From positions 2,888-43,522 of the forward strand of contig CAZIQJ010000001.1 of assembly GCA_964541285.1 (NCBI GenBank): 40,635 nucleotides of DNA, read 5' to 3'. Positions 35,754-40,635 of this stretch are shown piece after piece; positions within the stretch are counted from its first letter, which is position 1, and each line of letters starts with the position of its first letter. A program made the position numbers and the translations under genes. Source of the DNA: an uncultured bacterium (lineage in GTDB: Bacteria > Omnitrophota > Omnitrophia > Omnitrophales > Aquincolibacteriaceae). The notes beneath the pieces were generated by a model. It was given only the letters and a program-made list of their open reading frames with translations, did no database searches and had not been told where the DNA came from.

Positions 35754-35780
35754 TCCTTCTTCCGGCCGCGCATTTAGTAT

Positions 35781-35809
35781 TTGACCAGGCATTTTCGGCT
35801 TGAGATAAT
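35781..35809 (+). promoter_or_regulatory. Candidate sigma70-type promoter for fabI and downstream genes
   Basis: TTGACC (35781-35786), 17-nt spacer, GATAAT (35804-35809), in the 112-nt gap after the giant ORF stop. Confidence 0.4.
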
Positions 35810-35865
35810 CAACAGATCAAATTCTCTTGGAACCCCAAAGGAACTTATATATGGAGACCCATACC

Positions 35866-36663
35866 ATGAGCGAAAGCTCGACATTCAAATCCGACCTTCT
35901 TAAAGGCAAGAAAGCCCTTGTTGTGGGCGTTGCCAACAAACGCAGTATTGCCTGGGGCATTGCCCAGGCCCTTGCCAATCACGGCGCGCAGCTGGCCTTT
36001 ACCTATCAGGGTGAACGCCTGAAGGAAAGTGTGGAGGAACTTGCGGCCACGCTTCCTTTGAAATCTCCGCTTTATCCCTGCGACGTGACCAAGGATGATG
36101 AAATCAAGGCCGCGTTTGAAGCCATTGGAAAAGATTTCGGCTCTCTGCAGATGCTGGTGCATTGCGTGGCTTTCGCGAAAAAGGAAGATATCAGCGGCCG
36201 TACCGTGGATACTTCACGTGATGGTTTCGCCCTGGCCCATGACATCAGCTCTTACTCGCTGATCGCGCTGTCCAAGGCCGCGGAGCCGCTTCTTGAAAAA
36301 GAGGGCGGCAGCATTGTGGCCCTGACTTATCTGGGCGCGGACAAGGTCATTCCCAACTACAATATTATGGGGCTGGCCAAGGCCAGCCTGGAGTCCGGTA
36401 TCCGTTATCTGGCCGCAGACCTTGGCAAGAAGAACATCCGCGTCAACGGCGTTTCCGCCGGCCCGGTCAACACGCTTGCCGCCCGCGGCATCGCGGGTTT
36501 CACGACCATGCTGGAAAATCACCGCAACCGCGCCCCGCTGGGCCGTAACGTGGAAATCGAAGAAGTCGCCAACGCCGCGCTGTTTCTTCTGAGCCCGCTT
36601 GGAAGCGGTATCACCGGAGAAACGATTTACGTGGACTGCGGCTACCGCGTCATAGGTGCGTGA
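35866..36663 (+). CDS. fabI: Enoyl-[acyl-carrier-protein] reductase (NADH), FabI
   Basis: MSESSTFKSDLLKGKKALVVGVANKRSIAWGIAQAL (FabI N-terminal Gly-poor NAD loop), SYSLIAL...YLGADKVIPNYNIMGLAKASLE (Tyr-x6-Lys catalytic region), VNGVSAGPVNTLAARGI. GGAG at 35853-35856 lies 9 nt before ATG 35866, so I prefer this start over the TTG at 35827 in the ORF track. Confidence 0.93.
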   Translation: MSESSTFKSDLLKGKKALVVGVANKRSIAWGIAQALANHGAQLAFTYQGERLKESVEELAATLPLKSPLYPCDVTKDDEIKAAFEAIGKDFGSLQMLVHCVAFAKKEDISGRTVDTSRDGFALAHDISSYSLIALSKAAEPLLEKEGGSIVALTYLGADKVIPNYNIMGLAKASLESGIRYLAADLGKKNIRVNGVSAGPVNTLAARGIAGFTTMLENHRNRAPLGRNVEIEEVANAALFLLSPLGSGITGETIYVDCGYRVIGA

Positions 36664-36669
36664 TCCTGA

Positions 36670-37278
36670 ATGTCCAAAAATATTCTTGTCCTCGATCTGG
36701 AAACGCAGAAGTCTTTCAAGGAAGTCGGCAAAGCCAACCTTGAAAAGCTTCGCGTGTCCGTGGTCGGAGTTTACGACTATCTGACCGACAAGTATTCCAC
36801 CTACGAAGAAAAAGAGATCATGAAGTTTGAACCGCGTCTTAAAGAAGCGGACATGATCATCGGTTTCAATATCCGGCGTTTTGATTTTCCGGTGCTGGCC
36901 CCATACCTTTTTATGTCCATTGAAAACCTTCCTTTGCTGGACCTTCTGGATGAAGTCGAGAAAAACAGGGGGCACCGCGCCAGTCTGGACAGCCTTGCCG
37001 GACCGACGCTGAAGCAGCACAAGACCGGAAACGGCGCGGACGCGCTCATCCTTTTCAAGGAAAACCGCATGGACGAACTCAAGCGCTACTGCCTTGAAGA
37101 CGTGCGGCTGACCAAAGAAGTTTATGAGTACGGCTGCCGCGAAGGCAAAGTGCTTTTTACCTCGAACTGGGATTACAAGACTTATGAAATCCCCGTAGAC
37201 TGGAAGAAAAACACCGCTGAAATCATCGGGGGCCGCGCTTCTTCAAAGGCGGGCTCTTTTCCCGCCAGCCTCTTTTAA
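36670..37278 (+). CDS. DEDD-family 3'-5' exonuclease-like protein (RNase H-like fold)
   Basis: ILVLDLETQ (Exo I DxE), IIGFNIRRFDFPVL (Exo II), LKRYCLEDVRLTKEVY (Exo III Y-x3-D). The ATG is 6 nt after the fabI stop. Confidence 0.7.
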   Translation: MSKNILVLDLETQKSFKEVGKANLEKLRVSVVGVYDYLTDKYSTYEEKEIMKFEPRLKEADMIIGFNIRRFDFPVLAPYLFMSIENLPLLDLLDEVEKNRGHRASLDSLAGPTLKQHKTGNGADALILFKENRMDELKRYCLEDVRLTKEVYEYGCREGKVLFTSNWDYKTYEIPVDWKKNTAEIIGGRASSKAGSFPASLF

Positions 37279-37349
37279 ATCTGCTTAACTTCTTTACCTG
37301 CAATCATTTAAATTAAAGCAAAAGCCCGCTGGGAAGCGCTCCGGGTTTG

Positions 37350-37358
37350 TGATATAAT
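37350..37358 (+). promoter_or_regulatory. Candidate extended -10 promoter element upstream of iscS
   Basis: TGATATAAT (TGn + perfect TATAAT at 37353-37358), 45 nt before ATG 37404. The -35 is weak (TGGGAA). Confidence 0.4.
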
Positions 37359-37403
37359 TCCCTTCTTCTAACCCTTTACTTTTAAAACAGTTGTGAGCGA
37401 AAA

Positions 37404-38588
37404 ATGAACGTTAAACTGCCAATTTATATGGACAATCATGCGACTACGCCTGTGGACCCCCGGGTCCTGGAGGCCATGATGCCGTATTTGACCTATGAAT
37501 TTGGCAATGCCGCGAGCATCAACCACCCTTTTGGATGGCGCGCGGAAAAGGCGGTCGAAAAAGCCCGTGCCGTGATCGCGGACTTTCTTGGCGCCGCGGA
37601 TCCGCAGGAAATTGTTTTTACCAGCGGCGCGACCGAATCCAATAACATCGCGCTCAAAGGTGTTTTTGAAATGTACCGCGAAAAAGGCGACCATTTCATT
37701 ACGCAGGCAACGGAACACAAATGCGTGCTTGATACCTGCAAATACCTTGAGAAAAAAGGCGCCAGGGTTACGGTGCTGCCCGTGGATGAATTCGGGCAGG
37801 TCCGCATTGAAGATGTCAGGAAAGCCATTACGGACAAAACCGTTTTGATTTCCGTTATGGCTGCGAATAATGAAATCGGAACCATCCAGCCTGTTGCCGA
37901 AATTGGCAGGATGGCGCGCGAAAAGGGGATCATTTATCATTGCGACGCGGCCCAGGCCGCGGGCAAGATCCCGGTCCACGTGCAGGACATGGACATTGAT
38001 ATTCTTTCTATTTCTGCCCACAAGATGTATGGCCCCAAGGGCATCGGTGTTTTGTGGGTCCGGAGCAAGAACCCCCGCATCCGTCTGACGCCCCTGATTC
38101 ACGGCGGCGGTCATGAAAACGGCATGCGTTCCGGCACGCTGAATGTGCCCGGCATTATCGGTCTTGCCAAGGCATGCGAAATTTCAAAAGAGGAACTTTA
38201 CAGTGAAATGGCGCGGCTTGTTTCCCTGCGCGAAAGGCTGCGCGACGGAATCCTCCGCCAGATCGACGGCGTTTACGTCAACGGACATCCGGTCAACCGG
38301 GTTCCCAACAATTTAAATTTGAGTTTTACGGGAGTCGAAGGCGACGCGCTGCTCATGGGAGTCAATGAAGAGATCGCGGTTTCGACCGGCTCTGCCTGCA
38401 CTTCCAAAAGCGTGGAACCTTCGTATGTGCTCCGCGCGCTTGGACTTTCAGGAGAAAGAATTCAGGGCGCCCTGCGGTTCGGGCTGGGCCGCTTCAATAC
38501 TGAAGAGGAAGTGGATTACGTTGTGGACCGCGTGACCCGCACGGTCAAGAAACTCCGCGAGCTTTCGCCTCTTTCGAGAAAAAGCTGA
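37404..38588 (+). CDS. iscS: Cysteine desulfurase, IscS/NifS type (PLP-dependent, class V aminotransferase fold)
   Basis: IYMDNHATTPVDPRVLEAM, GNAASINHPFGW, PLP-Lys motif SISAHKMYGPKGIG, catalytic loop STGSACTSKSVEPSYVLRALG. Confidence 0.95.
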   Translation: MNVKLPIYMDNHATTPVDPRVLEAMMPYLTYEFGNAASINHPFGWRAEKAVEKARAVIADFLGAADPQEIVFTSGATESNNIALKGVFEMYREKGDHFITQATEHKCVLDTCKYLEKKGARVTVLPVDEFGQVRIEDVRKAITDKTVLISVMAANNEIGTIQPVAEIGRMAREKGIIYHCDAAQAAGKIPVHVQDMDIDILSISAHKMYGPKGIGVLWVRSKNPRIRLTPLIHGGGHENGMRSGTLNVPGIIGLAKACEISKEELYSEMARLVSLRERLRDGILRQIDGVYVNGHPVNRVPNNLNLSFTGVEGDALLMGVNEEIAVSTGSACTSKSVEPSYVLRALGLSGERIQGALRFGLGRFNTEEEVDYVVDRVTRTVKKLRELSPLSRKS

Positions 38589-38599
38589 TTTGGATTGTC

Positions 38600-38619
38600 A
38601 TCCCAGCGCAAGCTGGGAT
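38600..38619. repeat. Perfect 8-bp-stem palindrome with GCAA loop (REP-like element, copy A)
   Basis: ATCCCAGC-GCAA-GCTGGGAT. An outer TGGAT (38591-38595) / ATCCA (38618-38622) pairing can extend the stem. No downstream T-tract. Confidence 0.8.
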
Positions 38620-38642
38620 CCAAGCGTTACCAGAAACCCTGG

Positions 38643-38662
38643 ATTCCTGCTTTCGCAGGAAT
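38643..38662. repeat. Perfect 8-bp-stem palindrome with TTTC loop (REP-like element, copy B)
   Basis: ATTCCTGC-TTTC-GCAGGAAT. The arm sequence is related to copy A (ATYCCYRGC pattern). No downstream T-tract. Confidence 0.8.
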
Positions 38663-38695
38663 GGCAGGAAATGTTAACACAGGAGTAAAAAATTT

Positions 38696-39019
38696 ATGTC
38701 GATTTATCTGAGCCAGGACGCGATCGCGGAAGTCAAAAGAATGGCCGCGAAGGACAGCAAGCCCGATATGGGGCTCCGGTTGGGCGTCAAGGGCGGCGGC
38801 TGTTCCGGCCTTTCCTATTTCATGAACTTTGACGTGAAAAAGGAAAAGGACCAGGAGTTTGACTTCGAAGGCCTGAAGGTCTTAGTGGACCCCAAGAGCC
38901 TGCTGTACCTCAAGGGAACCACCCTTGATTATGTCGACACTCTCCAGGACAAAGGTTTCAAGTTTATCAATCCCCAGGCCAGCAAGACGTGCGGCTGCGG
39001 GGAATCATTCTCCGTCTAA
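38696..39019 (+). CDS. iscA: A-type iron-sulfur cluster carrier (IscA/ErpA/HesB family)
   Basis: 107 aa. GLRLGVKGGGCSGLSY, and C-terminal KTCGCGESFSV giving the three conserved Cys (C-x(n)-C-G-C). GGAG at 38683-38686 lies upstream of the ATG. Confidence 0.9.
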   Translation: MSIYLSQDAIAEVKRMAAKDSKPDMGLRLGVKGGGCSGLSYFMNFDVKKEKDQEFDFEGLKVLVDPKSLLYLKGTTLDYVDTLQDKGFKFINPQASKTCGCGESFSV

Positions 39020-39037
39020 CCTGCCGCGGCCGATCTC

Positions 39038-40635
39038 ATGGACAAAAAAACAGCCGAAGAAAAGCTCAAGCCCCTGCACCACGAAATCCGCTACCTGGGC
39101 GACTGTCTGGGCCGCGTGCTGATTTCGCAGGAAGGCAAATCCTTTTATGAGCAGGTTGAGGCCATCCGCACCCTTGCCCGCGATTTGAGAAACCGTTACA
39201 GCACGGAACGGGAAGGAAAGCTTACGGAAAAAATCGGCTCACTCGATCTTGAGAAAATGATCAAGGTGCTGAACGCGTTTACGGTCTATTTCCAGCTGGT
39301 CAACCTCGCGGAAGAAAAACACCGTGTGCGCCGCAAGAAAGCATACGAGCAGGAAGGGGTCCCTCAGCCCGGCTCGCTTGAAGATATTGTCGAGACGCTT
39401 AAAAATTCCAAAGTTTCCTTTAAGAAAATTGAACAGATCGTTTCTGATCTTTCCATTGAGCTGGTCCTGACCGCGCACCCGACCGAAGCCCAGCGCCGTT
39501 CCGTGCTTGAAAAGATTTTTGACGTGGACCGTCTGCTCGATGAGCGCGAGTACCGCATGCTGACCAAGCGCGAACTTGAAGAAATCGACCTGAAGGTCTG
39601 TGAAGCCCTGACGCTTTTGTGGCAGACGGACGGCCTTCGCCGCCGCCGCCAGACCGTGCTGGACGAAGTTGATAACGGTCTTTTCTATCTGGACGAAGTG
39701 CTTTTTTCCGTGCTTCCGGCCGCGCTGCTGCGCTTTTACAAGCTGATCGAAAAAGCCTACCAGAAAAAGCTTTCATTCAAACCCTTTGTGCGTTTCGGTT
39801 CCTGGATCGGCGGCGACCGCGACGGAAATCCGTTTGTCACGCACCAGGTGACGCTTGAAGCCCTGCGCCGCCAGAAGGAAGTGCTGCTGCGCAAATACAT
39901 TCAGACCCTTGACGTCATGCTCCGGGACTTCAGCCAGTCCGTGCATCTGGTGGGCGCGTCGCGCGAGCTTCTGGAGTCGACTGAAGAGGACGCCCGCGGC
40001 CTCCGGCTTTTCGCGGAAGCTGTGCGCGAAAAAAGCAAGCACGAGCCTTACCGCAAGAAGATTTCCTTTATTCAGCGCAAGCTTGTCAACACGCTGCGCC
40101 TGAACGCTTCTGAAGCGCAGAGAAAAACCGCGTCGGAAGAAACCATCGAAGCTTATTATCCCAACGCCCGCGCTTTCCGCGAGGACCTGATGATCCTGGT
40201 CCGTTCATTTGAAAAGAACAAGGGTGAGTACCTGGTGCCGCGTCTTGAAAAGCTGGTGGCGTCCGTGGATATTTTTGGTTTTCATTTCGTCAAGCTTGAT
40301 ATCCGCGACAATTCCACTGTTATTGAAACCGCGATAGCGGAAATTCTCGAGAAGGGCGGGCTTTCCCAGAAATTTTTTCTGGACCTTCCGGAAGATGAAA
40401 AAGTCCAGCTTTTGACGCGTTTGATCCAGGAAGGCCCGCACGAAGGACTGCTTCAAAACACTTTCGGCGATGCCGCCACGGAAGTCCTGGCGACTTTCCG
40501 CGCGATTTCGGAAATCCGCTCCGGCTTTGACGCCAACGCGTTGGACCGCTACGTGCTCAGCATGACCCGCGGCCGTTCCGACGTTCTGATGCTGGTCTGG
40601 CTTGCGCATGAGACCCAGAACGAAGGCCTGATGAT
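39038..40635 (+). CDS. ppc: Phosphoenolpyruvate carboxylase, 3' end outside window
   Basis: Not in the ORF track because there is no stop codon before the window end. Frame open from ATG 39038: MDKKTAEEKLKPLHHEIRYLGDCLGRVL..., ELVLTAHPTEAQRRSVL, LLWQTDGLRRRRQTVLDEV, FVRFGSWIGGDRDGNPFVT, YVLSMTRGRSDVLMLVWL. These are all hallmark Ppc motifs. Confidence 0.93.
   Translation, partial: MDKKTAEEKLKPLHHEIRYLGDCLGRVLISQEGKSFYEQVEAIRTLARDLRNRYSTEREGKLTEKIGSLDLEKMIKVLNAFTVYFQLVNLAEEKHRVRRKKAYEQEGVPQPGSLEDIVETLKNSKVSFKKIEQIVSDLSIELVLTAHPTEAQRRSVLEKIFDVDRLLDEREYRMLTKRELEEIDLKVCEALTLLWQTDGLRRRRQTVLDEVDNGLFYLDEVLFSVLPAALLRFYKLIEKAYQKKLSFKPFVRFGSWIGGDRDGNPFVTHQVTLEALRRQKEVLLRKYIQTLDVMLRDFSQSVHLVGASRELLESTEEDARGLRLFAEAVREKSKHEPYRKKISFIQRKLVNTLRLNASEAQRKTASEETIEAYYPNARAFREDLMILVRSFEKNKGEYLVPRLEKLVASVDIFGFHFVKLDIRDNSTVIETAIAEILEKGGLSQKFFLDLPEDEKVQLLTRLIQEGPHEGLLQNTFGDAATEVLATFRAISEIRSGFDANALDRYVLSMTRGRSDVLMLVWLAHETQNEGLM

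Noticed and set aside
735-35753. The giant ORF as an assembly or sequencing artefact that fuses many genes
   Set aside because: An artefact would require the loss of 23 stop codons and intergenic regions, with every junction left in the same frame and carrying the same pentapeptide. That pattern is not what indel or chimera errors produce. Collapse or expansion of the three HPr repeats or of the 18-nt repeats remains possible and needs read-level support.
34290-35792. 500-aa minus-strand ORF overlapping the 3' end of the giant gene
   Set aside because: Antisense shadow of the giant ORF. It has no recognisable motifs, and its composition is dominated by R, K, F and L from reverse-complemented codons.
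35827-35865. TTG start for fabI as listed in the ORF track
   Set aside because: ATG 35866 has a GGAG box 9 nt upstream and gives a FabI of canonical length (265 aa). The extra 13 residues (MEPQRNLYMETHT) have no counterpart in FabI proteins.
36214-38114. Minus-strand ORFs 36214..37020 (268 aa) and 37368..38114 (248 aa)
   Set aside because: They are antisense to fabI/exonuclease and to iscS, whose + strand translations carry textbook motifs.
38600-38662. The two hairpins after iscS as rho-independent terminators
   Set aside because: Neither stem is followed by a T/U-tract. iscA follows with its own SD, consistent with co-transcription.

Overview
One uninterrupted + strand ORF (735..35753; 35,019 nt; 11,672 aa, roughly 1.3 MDa) fills about 86% of the window. 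It opens with a Sec-type signal peptide. Twenty-three copies of the pentapeptide R-S-E-M-R (18 exact, 5 single-residue variants) divide it into 24 protein-sized modules of 145-1386 aa. The motifs sit at boundaries between unrelated domain families. Recognisable modules are: a TraB/PrgY/Tiki-like putative protease; a methyltransferase-like plus HAD-like module; a PTS Enzyme-I-like domain plus three tandem HPr-like domains; a phosphoribosyltransferase; a CofD/YvcK-like domain plus HAD-IIB phosphatase; a WD40 propeller; three single-pass membrane modules with K/D/P-rich linkers and beta-sandwich or glycan-active-looking domains; a PLP fold-type-II enzyme; a GNAT-like module; and HEAT repeats. About a dozen modules are orphans. 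I read this as a candidate bacterial polyprotein (an operon in one ORF) with built-in junction signals for processing or docking. That reading is inference, not demonstrated. The flanks are ordinary housekeeping genes, all on the + strand: a 5'-truncated HAD hydrolase, fabI, a DEDD-type exonuclease, iscS, an IscA-type carrier and a 3'-truncated ppc. I recognised no rRNA, tRNA, CRISPR array, transposase or integrase. The source organism cannot be identified from the sequence alone.
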